NCBI RefSeq assembly: GCF_025643275.1
Contig: NZ_CP089977.1
Coordinates: 1,020,001 to 1,052,000 of the forward strand
Length of the DNA stretch: 32,000 bases
Direction of reading: 5' to 3'
Source: Moraxella nasicaprae
Lineage (GTDB): Bacteria > Pseudomonadota > Gammaproteobacteria > Pseudomonadales > Moraxellaceae
The notes under the pieces are model-generated. The model was not told where the DNA came from. It saw nothing but the letters and a program-made list of their open reading frames with translations, and did no database searches. Both the position numbers and the translations under genes were made by a program. Positions 9,648 through 20,457 of this stretch are shown here, in pieces; the stretch's first letter is position 1; every line of letters begins with the position of its first letter.

Positions 9648-10280
9648 TTAGGGTTGCCATTTGATGAAATTGGACAACAGTCTTAATCCTGCTTCATGGC
9701 TTTTTTCGGGGTGAAACTGAGTGATGAACAGATTATCACGAATGACGCTGGCACAAAAAGACTGCCCATAATGGGTATTTGCCACAATCAATCCAGCCGT
9801 ATCATCAGGGTCGCAATAATAACTGTGGGTAAAATAAAAATGCTGATGATTGCAGCCTTGCCACAGTGCATGATTGGTGTCGGCACTCACCACATTCCAG
9901 CCTACATGAGGAATTTTGATGGGCGTGCCATTGTCACACCACGCATCATCAAATCGTCGAACCGTACCAGATAAGACACCAAGACACGCCACATCGCCCT
10001 CTTCAGAGTGATTAAACATCGCCTGCATGCCCACACAAATCGCCATCACAGGCTTGCTATCAAGTGCTTGCTTAACCGCCACATCAATGCCATGCAATCG
10101 CATATTTGCCATCGCATCACGCATCGCACCCACACCTGGCAACATCACTTTATCAGCAGCGTTGATTTGCTTTGGGTCGCTGGTGATGACAACATTACCT
10201 CCTGCCACAGTCAAGGCATTGGCAACAGAATAAAGATTGCCCACACCATAGTCAAGCAGGGCGATGGTTGGTGATTTCAT
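9648..10280 (-). CDS. hisH: Imidazole glycerol phosphate synthase, glutamine amidotransferase subunit.
   Basis: IALLDYGVGNLYSVANAL, a GVGA..D motif, the catalytic ICVGMQ, and FHPEKS at the C-terminus. It is adjacent to hisB. Confidence 0.93.
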   Translation of the reverse strand: MKSPTIALLDYGVGNLYSVANALTVAGGNVVITSDPKQINAADKVMLPGVGAMRDAMANMRLHGIDVAVKQALDSKPVMAICVGMQAMFNHSEEGDVACLGVLSGTVRRFDDAWCDNGTPIKIPHVGWNVVSADTNHALWQGCNHQHFYFTHSYYCDPDDTAGLIVANTHYGQSFCASVIRDNLFITQFHPEKSHEAGLRLLSNFIKWQP

Positions 10281-10307
10281 GATATTTTCCCAAAATCCAA
10301 AAAAGAG

Positions 10308-10901
10308 TTATAGCATTTCTTTGGTTGATGGCAACACGCCTGCGGCTCTTGGGTCGTATTCAACCGCCATACGCAAGGCTCTTGCCAATGCCTTAAAAAC
10401 GCTTTCGATTTGATGGTGGCTGTTTTTGCCTTTTAGGTTATCAATGTGCAGCGTGATAAAAGCGTGATTGACCAGACCATAAAAAAACTCACTGAACAAA
10501 TCCACATCCATTGTACCAATGTGCGAACGAGTAAATGGCACTTGCATGTGCAGACCTGGACGACCAGAAATGTCCACCACCACACGGCTTAGGCTTTCAT
10601 CAAGTGGTGCATAAAAATGCCCATAACGGCGAATGCCTTTTTTATCGCCCAAAGCGGCTTTAAGTGCTTGCCCAATGGCAATGCCAACATCTTCGACACT
10701 GTGATGGTCATCAATGTGTGTATCGCCCACACATTTGACATCAAGATCAATCAGTCCGTGTCGCTTGATTTGATCAAGCATGTGATCCAAAAATGGTACG
10801 CCTGTGTCCAACACGCCCTGACCTGTGCCATCAAGATTGATGCTGACACTGATTTGAGTTTCGGCGGTATTACGAGTGATGGTGGCGGTGCGTGCGGTCA
10901 T
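10308..10901 (-). CDS. hisB: Imidazoleglycerol-phosphate dehydratase (monofunctional).
   Basis: [35 protein letters not shown] and [17 protein letters not shown] motifs. ATG 10901 is preceded by AAGGA. Confidence 0.93.
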   Translation of the reverse strand: MTARTATITRNTAETQISVSINLDGTGQGVLDTGVPFLDHMLDQIKRHGLIDLDVKCVGDTHIDDHHSVEDVGIAIGQALKAALGDKKGIRRYGHFYAPLDESLSRVVVDISGRPGLHMQVPFTRSHIGTMDVDLFSEFFYGLVNHAFITLHIDNLKGKNSHHQIESVFKALARALRMAVEYDPRAAGVLPSTKEML

Positions 10902-11090
10902 AAAAATCCTTGTAACTAATGGCAAAATACAGGTTGAATGGCTTTATATTTTTGCACAAAAGGTAAATTTTTCCAACTGATTTTTATTCATTATCTACGG
11001 TCAATGAAGGGGCGGTACAGTCAGATTTTTATTTTTGCGTTTTTTGTTTTATAATGAGACACAGTCACTTAATAACATAAAGAGTATCCC

Positions 11091-11612
11091 ATGGCACTAC
11101 TTCCTATTTTAGCATATCCTGATCCACGCCTACGCACCATCGCTCAGCCTGTGGCACAGATTGATGACGACATCAAGACTTTGATTGATGATATGTTTGA
11201 GACCATGTATGCCGCCAAAGGCATCGGTCTTGCCGCCACCCAAATCGACCGCCATGTACAGGTCATCGTGATGGACTTGGCTCGTGATGGCGAAGAACCT
11301 GCTCCACAGGTGTTTATCAACGCCAAAGTCACTCCCTTGACCGAAGAGCTTGCCCCCTACCAAGAAGGCTGTTTGTCAATTCCTGAGGTGTACGACACCA
11401 TCGAACGCCCAAGCCGTGTACGAATTGAGGCATTAGACAAAGAGGGTAAGCCATTTAGCATCGAAGCAGATGGCTTGCTGGCGGTGTGTATCCAGCACGA
11501 GATGGACCATCTAAACGGCGTATTGTTTGTGGATTATTTATCTTCGCTCAAACAAAGCCGAGCCAGAGATAAGGTCAAAAAAGTCATCAAAGCTCGTGAA
11601 AGAAACAGCTAA
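11091..11612 (+). CDS. def: Peptide deformylase.
   Basis: [16 protein letters not shown] and QHEMDHLNG motifs in a 173-aa protein. No fmt gene follows it here. Confidence 0.95.
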   Translation: MALLPILAYPDPRLRTIAQPVAQIDDDIKTLIDDMFETMYAAKGIGLAATQIDRHVQVIVMDLARDGEEPAPQVFINAKVTPLTEELAPYQEGCLSIPEVYDTIERPSRVRIEALDKEGKPFSIEADGLLAVCIQHEMDHLNGVLFVDYLSSLKQSRARDKVKKVIKARERNS

Positions 11613-11616
11613 CCAC

Positions 11617-11639
11617 AAGCCCCAACTGGGGCTTTTTTA
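11617..11639 (+). terminator. Intrinsic terminator after def.
   Basis: AGCCCC-AACT-GGGGCT followed by TTTTTT. Confidence 0.7.
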
Positions 11640-11725
11640 GAAATCAGGCACGCTCCCACCGCCCAAACCATACGCCCCAAACTCGCCACTCTTACACCGC
11701 ATAGGTGGTTAAATCAATACTGATA

Positions 11726-11756
11726 CAAAAAACCACCAGTTCATCGCTGGTGGTTT
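11726..11756 (-). terminator. Intrinsic terminator after the YgiW-family gene.
   Basis: AACCACCAG (11731..11739) pairs with CTGGTGGTT (11747..11755). The minus strand continues with TTTTTTG. Confidence 0.6.
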
Positions 11757-11760
11757 TGGT

Positions 11761-12099
11761 TTAGTGGATTTGCACAAAATCAGCATCGATTTCCACACGA
11801 TTGGATTTACGACTGATGTCCACCTCGCCTGTGATGGTGACATTTTTGCCGACCAGCTCTTGTGGGTTATGGTAATAATCATCATCAATCTCCACAATAA
11901 CCTTGCCTGAGGTATCTTGTAGTTCAAATTTCTCTCTACCAAGCACTCGCACAATCTTGCCCGTGATGCTTACATGGCTGTCGTCCATCATTGTTTTGAC
12001 GGCAGCGGCTTGCACAGTCTGTGTGCCATAGTTTGCCTGTGCAGTCATTGCAGTGGTGCCAATCAGCAGGGTTGCTAGCATTGTCTTTAAAACTTTCAT
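11761..12099 (-). CDS. YgiW/YdeI-family periplasmic OB-fold (BOF) stress-tolerance protein.
   Basis: Signal peptide MKVLKTMLATLLIGTTAMTAQA, then the family pattern ITGKIVRVLGREKFELQDTSGKVIVEIDDD...VTITGEVD. ATG 12099 is preceded by TGGAG. Confidence 0.75.
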   Translation of the reverse strand: MKVLKTMLATLLIGTTAMTAQANYGTQTVQAAAVKTMMDDSHVSITGKIVRVLGREKFELQDTSGKVIVEIDDDYYHNPQELVGKNVTITGEVDISRKSNRVEIDADFVQIH

Positions 12100-12267
12100 A
12101 AAAATCTCCAAAATTAATTCTTTAATATACAAAACGATTCATCGTTTCGATGGATATATTTAATCACAGTAAACTTAAAGAAACCTTAAACACCCTTAAC
12201 ATTCGTCAAAAATATCAAAAAAGTTTGTAATCAATTGATTTATATAAGATATTTTTTATCAATCAGA

Positions 12268-14109
12268 CTATTCTTCCGCCAAGAATCCACCAGATTGCCT
12301 TGCCCAAAGACTGGCATACACGCCATTTTTGGCAATCAATTCATCATGACTACCCATCTCAACAATCCGCCCCTGATCCATCACCACCAGCTTATCCATT
12401 GAGGCGATGGTCGAAAGTCTGTGGGCGATGGCGATGACGGTTTTGCCCGCCATCATCTTATCAAGGCTGGTGGTAATGGCGTGTTCTACTTCGCTATCTA
12501 ACGCACTGGTCGCCTCATCAAGAAGCAAAATTGGTGCATTTTTTAGCATCACACGAGCGATGGCAATACGCTGACGCTGACCACCAGAGAGCTTGACACC
12601 TCGTTCACCCACTTGGGTGTCCAGCCCTGTATTGCCGTGTTTATCTTGTAGTGTCTGGATAAATTCCCACGCATGAGCTGCTTTAGCGGCGGCGATGATT
12701 TCGTCATCGGTGGCATTAGGGCGACCGTAAGCGATGTTTTCTCGTACGGTGCGATGCAAAAGCGAGGTATCTTGGGTAACCATACCAATCTGCTGGCGTA
12801 GAGATTCTTGGGTTAATGTGCTGATGTCTTGTCCATCAATCACGATTTTACCACCGCTGACATCATAAAATCTAAGCAATAGATTTACCAAAGTGGATTT
12901 GCCAGCACCAGAACGACCCACCAATCCCACTTTTTCGCCTGCGTTAATGGTCAAATTAAACCGTTCAAGCAGTCCGATTTTGTCATCGCCTTTACCATAA
13001 TTGAACGATACTTGGTCAAACTCAATCTTACCCTGTTCCACATGAAACATTTTGGCATCAGGGCTATCTACCACAGCGTGTGGCGTAGTCAAGGTGTTCA
13101 TGCCGTCTTGTACTGTACCTAAATGCTCAAACAAAGATGCCGTCTCCCACAGCACCCAGTGTGTCAGACCTTGTAAGCGAATTGCCAATGCACCAGCTAC
13201 TGCCACCGCACCAGCACCCACCACGCCTGTATACCACAGATACACACTCATGGCGATACTGCCCGATACAGTGATGACTGCAATCAAAGACACCAAAATT
13301 TCAAGAATGGAGACCAGACGCATCTGGTTATGCACCTTACCCAAAAAATGCTGCATGGCTTCTTTGGCATAAGACAGCTCACGGCGAGAATGACTAAACA
13401 GCTTGACCGTGCTGATGTTGGCATAGGCATCGGTGATGCGTCCTGTCATCAAAGCTCGTGCGTCCGCCTGCTCTTGGCTGACTTTTTGTAATTTTGGCAA
13501 TAAAAACACCAAAAGACCAACCACCATCAGCACCCACGCCACAAAAGGTATAGCAAGTAGCGGATGAATGCTGACCAGCACCGTGCCAGCCCCCACCAAA
13601 AAAGTACCAATGAATACAAATACACCAATGAGCGTCATCGCCACATCACGCACCGCCAAAGCAGTTTGCATCACTTTGGCAGAAACTCGACCAGAAAACT
13701 CATCTTGATAAAACTGCATGGACTGTCCTAGCATATGCTGATGAAAAATCCAGCGAAGTCTCATCGGTACAACACCTTGTAGCACCTGATGATGAATGGT
13801 GGTTTCAAATAAAAGAACCATAGGAATGATGGCGGTAATGGCAAGCATGGTTAGCAGCTCAGTCTTTTTGGTTTGCCAAAACTCCTGTGGGCTATACATA
13901 CCTAGCCAATCAACAATTTGCCCCACCCATGAATAAATAAATGCCCAATAAAGCCCAGAGATTGCGGTTAATACCGTAAACAAAAGTAGCCAGCCACGAT
14001 AGCCTACTGTACAAGCATAAATGAACGAAAACAGTCCACCTGAATACTTAGGCAGGTTAATGTCTGGATAGGAGTCTAGGCGTTTTTCAAAATACGAAAA
14101 AAAAGACAT
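12268..14109 (-). CDS. ABC transporter, fused permease/ATPase half-transporter (exporter type).
   Basis: The N-terminal transmembrane domain is followed by Walker A GRSGAGKST, the signature LSGGQRQRIAIAR and Walker B ILLLDEATSALD. 613 aa. Confidence 0.9.
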   Translation of the reverse strand: MSFFSYFEKRLDSYPDINLPKYSGGLFSFIYACTVGYRGWLLLFTVLTAISGLYWAFIYSWVGQIVDWLGMYSPQEFWQTKKTELLTMLAITAIIPMVLLFETTIHHQVLQGVVPMRLRWIFHQHMLGQSMQFYQDEFSGRVSAKVMQTALAVRDVAMTLIGVFVFIGTFLVGAGTVLVSIHPLLAIPFVAWVLMVVGLLVFLLPKLQKVSQEQADARALMTGRITDAYANISTVKLFSHSRRELSYAKEAMQHFLGKVHNQMRLVSILEILVSLIAVITVSGSIAMSVYLWYTGVVGAGAVAVAGALAIRLQGLTHWVLWETASLFEHLGTVQDGMNTLTTPHAVVDSPDAKMFHVEQGKIEFDQVSFNYGKGDDKIGLLERFNLTINAGEKVGLVGRSGAGKSTLVNLLLRFYDVSGGKIVIDGQDISTLTQESLRQQIGMVTQDTSLLHRTVRENIAYGRPNATDDEIIAAAKAAHAWEFIQTLQDKHGNTGLDTQVGERGVKLSGGQRQRIAIARVMLKNAPILLLDEATSALDSEVEHAITTSLDKMMAGKTVIAIAHRLSTIASMDKLVVMDQGRIVEMGSHDELIAKNGVYASLWARQSGGFLAEE

Positions 14110-14246
14110 TCTCTTTACCTATTTTTTAATTTTTTCATATTATAGCAGATTTTTAGACACGCCTTATTGACAAAGTATTCATCTATCAAACCAAAATAGT
14201 ATAAATAAAACAACTTTTCTAATAATAGTGTATCGCTTGACAATCC

Positions 14247-14256
14247 AAAAAAAAAA
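14247..14256. repeat. A10 homopolymer in the divergent promoter region, inside a candidate promoter spacer.
   Basis: Counted directly (14247..14256). It lies between TTGACA (14237..14242) and GATAAT (14258..14263). Confidence 0.9.
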
Positions 14257-14301
14257 CGATAATAAATTTTTATGTTCTTTGTGTTTATCAAGGAATTTAT
14301 C

Positions 14302-14652
14302 ATGAAAAAGCTACTGGCAATTCTAGCATTTACCCTACCCATGACTGTTTTAGCAAATGGCAATCTGCCTTTTGTGGGCAAGAAGCAGTTTTGGAGCTAC
14401 TGCATCAGCGGTATGGGCTACACTCATTATCTGGAAATCAAAAAGAATGGCAATGCCAAAATCTATACGGTCAGCAATAAAACAAACAGAGTGGGAATGG
14501 TCGAATATCAAGGCAAGTATCGCACAGTGATGGAAGATTCAGAAGGTCGGTATTTTAAAGTGTTAAATCGCCGACAAATTGCCCTAACTGACAGTCAAGG
14601 TAATATTGACTATGATTCTTGCGGCGAAGAGGCTGTGATGAGATTACAATAA
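14302..14652 (+). CDS. Hypothetical small secreted protein.
   Basis: ATG 14302 is preceded by AAGGA. The signal peptide is MKKLLAILAFTLPMTVLANG. The mature part is about 96 aa with two Cys residues. I recognise no family. Confidence 0.55.
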   Translation: MKKLLAILAFTLPMTVLANGNLPFVGKKQFWSYCISGMGYTHYLEIKKNGNAKIYTVSNKTNRVGMVEYQGKYRTVMEDSEGRYFKVLNRRQIALTDSQGNIDYDSCGEEAVMRLQ

Positions 14653-14665
14653 TTCAAACCGCTCC

Positions 14666-14707
14666 ACAAAAAAACAAAGCCATCAAAAAACGGCTTTGTT
14701 TTTTTAT
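14666..14707. terminator. Bidirectional intrinsic terminator between convergent genes.
   Basis: AACAAAGCC (14673..14681) pairs with GGCTTTGTT (14692..14700). An A-run lies upstream and a T-run downstream. Confidence 0.7.
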
Positions 14708-14717
14708 TGAGATACAT

Positions 14718-16592
<1,875 letters not shown>

Positions 16593-16628
16593 CTAATAAA
16601 CAAATCAAGCCATCAAAAATCTTATGAT

Positions 16629-16660
16629 GAAAAAGTATGATTGATGTAATACCAATCATT
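16629..16660 (-). terminator. Candidate expression-platform terminator of the thiC riboswitch.
   Basis: The minus strand reads ATGATTG-GTATTACAT-CAATCAT (16659..16653 and 16643..16637), followed by ACTTTTT. It lies between the aptamer and the thiC RBS. Confidence 0.45.
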
Positions 16661-16683
16661 AAAAGACTTTGTAAGATTTTGAA

Positions 16684-16786
16684 AACTTGATTTCCTACGG
16701 CGGTACGAACCGCATCAGGTTCAACGGATTGCCAATGGCTCTCAGCGGTTTTTATTTGCACAGCAAAAACCGCACTCCGTCAAGTT
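16684..16786 (-). ncRNA. TPP (THI-box) riboswitch aptamer.
   Basis: The minus strand reads AACTTGA CGGAGTGCGG...CCGCTGAGAGCC...GAACCTGATGCGG...CCGCCGTAGGAAA TCAAGTT. The P1 stem is AACTTGA/TCAAGTT. The conserved CUGAGA, ACCUGAU and CGUAGGAA elements are all present. A TACAAT -10 lies just upstream (16798..16793). Confidence 0.9.
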
Positions 16787-16951
16787 GTGTTTATTGTAGC
16801 ACAATTTTTAGGCAAATTAGACATTTAGCCAGATTGGTATTTTTAATCAAAAGACCACTTTTATTCAAGATAAAATAATTAAAAAACCCACCAATACATG
16901 TTATGATGGCAATTCTATGAATGTTTTTTCGTGTAATGTTGGAGGTGGGAT

Positions 16952-18202
16952 ATGAATATCATTGTCTTAGGGGGCGGAGTCATCGGCACAACCACCGCCT
17001 ATTATCTTGCCAAATCTGGGGCAAAAGTTACCGTCATTGACCGCTGTGCCAATGTTGCCGAAGAGACAAGCTTTGGCAACGCAGGGCAGATTTCGCCCGG
17101 CTATTCAACGCCTTGGGCAGCTCCAAGCATTCCAATGAAAGCGGTCAAATGGCTGTTCCAAAAGCACGCTCCCCTTGCCATTTCTCCTGACGGCACAGGC
17201 TTTCAGCTTTCGTGGATGAAACAAATGCTTGCCAACTGCAACGCCCAAAAATACGAGATTAACAAAGAACGCATGATGCGAGTTGCCGAATACAGCCGAG
17301 ATTGTATCCGTGCTTTGCGTGATGAAATTGGCATTGATTACGAACACCGCACAGGCGGAACTTTACAGCTCTTTCGTAAACCTGCTCAGCTTGAAGCAAT
17401 GAAACTAGATACCAAAGTGCTTGATGAGTGCGGTGTACCTTATGAAGTCTTGGACAAAGATGGGCTTGTGCGTGCTGAACCCGCCCTCGCTTATGCCAGT
17501 GCCGAGCTTTTGGGCGGTCTAAGACTACCCAATGACGAAACAGGCGACTGTCATTTATTTACCAAACGCCTTGCCGAACACTCTAAAACTTTGGGCGTAG
17601 AATTTAAATTTAACACCGTCATTGACAAAATTATCTTTGATAATCAAAAAGTTACAGGCGTGGTGGCAAATGGCGAAACCTTGACGGCAGACGGTTTTGT
17701 CTTGGCGTTAGGGAGCTATTCTCGGGCAATGGCAAAGGATTTGGGGCTTGATTTGCCTGTGTATCCTGTCAAAGGTTATTCCTTAACCGTGCCAATCGTG
17801 GACGAAACAAAAGCCCCTGTTTCCACCGTGCTTGATGAAACTTATAAAATCGCCATTACTCGCTTTGATAAGCGGATTCGTGTGGGCGGAATGGCAGAGC
17901 TATCAGGCTTTGACAAATCCCTAAACCCTGCTCGCCGTGCCACACTGGAAATGGTTACAAAGAGCCTATTTGACGGAGGCGACTTGCCCAATGCCAAATT
18001 TTGGACAGGACTGCGTCCAATGACCCCAGATGGCACACCCATCATCGGAGCGACCAAGTTTGATAATTTATTTATCAACACAGGACACGGCACGCTGGGC
18101 TGGACGATGGCGTGTGGTTCTGGTAAGTTGCTTTCTGATATTATTTTAGGTCAGCCGACACAGATTAAGATTGATGGGCTTAATATTGAGCGTTATCGGT
18201 AA
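16952..18202 (+). CDS. dadA: D-amino acid dehydrogenase (FAD-dependent).
   Basis: N-terminal Rossmann motif [26 protein letters not shown]. The 416-aa length and overall DadA-like sequence fit. GGAGGTGGG precedes the ATG. Confidence 0.9.
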   Translation: MNIIVLGGGVIGTTTAYYLAKSGAKVTVIDRCANVAEETSFGNAGQISPGYSTPWAAPSIPMKAVKWLFQKHAPLAISPDGTGFQLSWMKQMLANCNAQKYEINKERMMRVAEYSRDCIRALRDEIGIDYEHRTGGTLQLFRKPAQLEAMKLDTKVLDECGVPYEVLDKDGLVRAEPALAYASAELLGGLRLPNDETGDCHLFTKRLAEHSKTLGVEFKFNTVIDKIIFDNQKVTGVVANGETLTADGFVLALGSYSRAMAKDLGLDLPVYPVKGYSLTVPIVDETKAPVSTVLDETYKIAITRFDKRIRVGGMAELSGFDKSLNPARRATLEMVTKSLFDGGDLPNAKFWTGLRPMTPDGTPIIGATKFDNLFINTGHGTLGWTMACGSGKLLSDIILGQPTQIKIDGLNIERYR

Positions 18203-18208
18203 TTGGTT

Positions 18209-20026
18209 ATGTTAAAATTTTTGTTATCAAGTTGTTTGTTGTTTGCCAATATTGCCTTTGCCAATTCGGTATTTTTTGAAATATTTGATAAAAAAGACGA
18301 CCAAGAAGTTGTTGGCATCATTACCGCTAATGGCAAAACCATTATTCCCACAAAATATCAGCACATTATCCAAAATAATGATGATATTGATGGCAATAAG
18401 GATAGAAAATGGGTTGGTATTTATGAAAATGACAACAAAGAATATACCGACTACTACACATTAGATGGTCAATTTTTAAAATCACAAGCAAGCACTATAC
18501 CTTATTCAGAATATGAATTACCCAATTTAATGCTTGATTATCCCGATATTAATGATAAGGAAAAGCTTGCAAAAGTTAATTCTGAAATAGAACAAAAAAT
18601 CAATCAATTAAGTGAAGAAGATAGAGAGTACAGTTATAAAACAAATGTTATTATCAATAGTTATTTGTCTTTAATCAATCGCAAAACTGGCAAACAAACA
18701 CCTTTAACCGATAAAAAGATTGCCAAGCTGTCTCGTTTTCAAAATGTTGGCGAGCGAGAGCTTGGGGTTATTGGTGCAAGGGACGAAAATGGCAAATGGG
18801 GCTTTATTGATGATGATGCCAATTGGGTTATTCCACCCCAGTTTAATGATTTGAATGATGACCATCGCTCTTTTGCAAAACCCTTACCCAATCATATTTT
18901 ATCCATTTATCAATTTTATAAAAAAATTGATGATAATTATGAAAGGTGTTGGAGTTTTGTTTTTAAAGATGGTAGTACAGCAGGGGAATTTGATTTTTTT
19001 AAAGGTTTTGAAAAGCACTCAAAATATGGCAACATTGGCTTTGCCGAGCCGTGTGGTGCTTACTTGTCAGACCATAATGGCATTATTAACGATAAAGGCG
19101 AATGGCTAATTACACCACAAAAAGGTAGGCAGTTACTCTCACTTCCTGATGAACAAGATTTTGTCGCCATTCAGAATGTTGCCATTGATGAACAATACAA
19201 TGATAAGCATATAGACAAAATTGGTTTTATGGATATGTCGGAAAGTATCAAAATTCCCGTTAAATTTTACTTTCCCAATTCTCGTGAGATGAATTTTGAT
19301 AGCAATAATGCACAAGTGGCATTTACTAATGAGTTAATGGCGGTTAGTGAAGAGAAAAACAGCCCTTATTATGGCTTTATTGACCGCACAGGTGATTGGG
19401 TCATTGAGCCAAACCTAATTACCAATAATTCTAATAGTTACAATTTTGATAATCACGGGTTTTCTTATACTTTTTTGCCCAATAACGAACACCAAGCCAA
19501 AGAATATGAAATTGCCAAATCACAATTTGGCTTATCCGATTTTTTATTTCCCAATAGCCTTTCTGGTAGGCGAGTGATTGATAAAACAGGCAAAGAATTA
19601 TTTAAGGATTTGGCTGGCGATTTTTATAATTTTAATGATAAAGGTTATGCGGTTTTTATCAGTCATAAAAATAAAAATTTGCAAGGCGTTGTTGATAAAA
19701 ATGGGCATTTTGTCATACCGCCCCAATATGATAATTTGGATTTAGCCGACAATGTTATCATTGCCACCTTAGAAAAATCCAATAAAGAAGAAATAAAACA
19801 CATGGGCTTATTGGATTATCAGGGCAATGTTATTTTGCCTTTTGAATATCAAACCATTACCGATTATACTTTTATGCTTGATGATAATGCCGTTTTTGTT
19901 GTGCGACATCATAATGGTAAATATGGTATATTAGATAAATTTGGTAATTGGCTATTGCCTTTACAAGACAAAAATTTAAGAATTTTTGATGAAGGCATTT
20001 GGTTTAAAACCATTGGATTTAATTAA
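18209..20026 (+). CDS. Secreted WG-repeat (KWG / WG_beta_rep-like) protein.
   Basis: Signal peptide MLKFLLSSCLLFANIAFA. There are at least 8 degenerate repeats, for example GKWGFIDDDANWVIPPQFNDL, YYGFIDRTGDWVIEPNL, LQGVVDKNGHFVIPPQYDNL and GKYGILDKFGNWLLPLQ. The gene is strongly AT-rich. ATG 18209 lies 6 nt after the dadA stop. Confidence 0.8.
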   Translation: MLKFLLSSCLLFANIAFANSVFFEIFDKKDDQEVVGIITANGKTIIPTKYQHIIQNNDDIDGNKDRKWVGIYENDNKEYTDYYTLDGQFLKSQASTIPYSEYELPNLMLDYPDINDKEKLAKVNSEIEQKINQLSEEDREYSYKTNVIINSYLSLINRKTGKQTPLTDKKIAKLSRFQNVGERELGVIGARDENGKWGFIDDDANWVIPPQFNDLNDDHRSFAKPLPNHILSIYQFYKKIDDNYERCWSFVFKDGSTAGEFDFFKGFEKHSKYGNIGFAEPCGAYLSDHNGIINDKGEWLITPQKGRQLLSLPDEQDFVAIQNVAIDEQYNDKHIDKIGFMDMSESIKIPVKFYFPNSREMNFDSNNAQVAFTNELMAVSEEKNSPYYGFIDRTGDWVIEPNLITNNSNSYNFDNHGFSYTFLPNNEHQAKEYEIAKSQFGLSDFLFPNSLSGRRVIDKTGKELFKDLAGDFYNFNDKGYAVFISHKNKNLQGVVDKNGHFVIPPQYDNLDLADNVIIATLEKSNKEEIKHMGLLDYQGNVILPFEYQTITDYTFMLDDNAVFVVRHHNGKYGILDKFGNWLLPLQDKNLRIFDEGIWFKTIGFN

Positions 20027-20052
20027 CTCTTTAATCAATGTAGGTAACTTTT

Positions 20053-20412
20053 ATGAGTGAAATCATTAAACTAGACAGCAACGAAACCATTGCCGAAATC
20101 GCTGTTTATAATGGCGTGGTATATTTGGCAGGGCAAGTGCCTGATGATGACAGCCTTGATATTGTTGGGCAAACTCGGCAGGTTCTTGCTAATATTGACA
20201 AAGCCCTTGCCAAAGCAGGCACGGACAAATCTCGCCTTTTGACCGCCCAAGTGTTTATCAAAGATTTAAATGATTTTGATAAATTTAATGCCGAGTACAA
20301 GGCGTGGATACAGGGTAATGTTCCGCCCACCCGTGCCACCGTGCAAGCCAATCTGGTCAATCCAAACTGGCTTGTGGAGATTGTGGTGACGGCAGCTACA
20401 AAACCAGCCTAA
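20053..20412 (+). CDS. RidA/YjgF-family reactive-intermediate deaminase-like protein.
   Basis: 119 aa. VYLAGQVP...QTRQVLANIDKALAKAG...LLTAQVFIKD...RATVQA..LVEIVVTA is the typical family pattern. Confidence 0.85.
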   Translation: MSEIIKLDSNETIAEIAVYNGVVYLAGQVPDDDSLDIVGQTRQVLANIDKALAKAGTDKSRLLTAQVFIKDLNDFDKFNAEYKAWIQGNVPPTRATVQANLVNPNWLVEIVVTAATKPA

Positions 20413-20422
20413 AAAACCACCT

Positions 20423-20456
20423 AAAAAATCCGCTCAAATGGCGGATTTTTATTTTT
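20423..20456. terminator. Bidirectional intrinsic terminator between convergent genes.
   Basis: AAAAAATCCGC-TCAAATG-GCGGATTTTT followed by ATTTTT. Confidence 0.7.
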
Positions 20457-20457
20457 A

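Noticed and set aside
12132-12240. Short palindromes upstream of the YgiW-family gene: AAACGAT-TC-ATCGTTT (12132..12147) and AATCAATTGATT (12229..12240).
   Set aside because: They are short, AT-rich dyads of a size expected by chance in AT-rich intergenic DNA. There is no adjacent regulator and no second copy in the window.
14097-14104. A T8 run (minus strand) at codons 2-5 of the ABC transporter gene (ATG TCT TTT TTT TCG), considered as a possible phase switch.
   Set aside because: The gene is in frame as sequenced. The tract is short for an A/T homopolymer switch. It simply encodes Ser-Phe-Phe-Ser in an AT-rich genome.
14115-14381. An 88-aa minus-strand ORF across the divergent promoter region.
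   Set aside because: It overlaps the better-supported plus-strand secreted-protein gene and the promoter elements. Its translation is low-complexity and AT-driven, and it has no RBS.
16687-16878. A 63-aa plus-strand ORF upstream of dadA.
   Set aside because: It lies antisense across the TPP riboswitch aptamer, which explains the sequence conservation features there.
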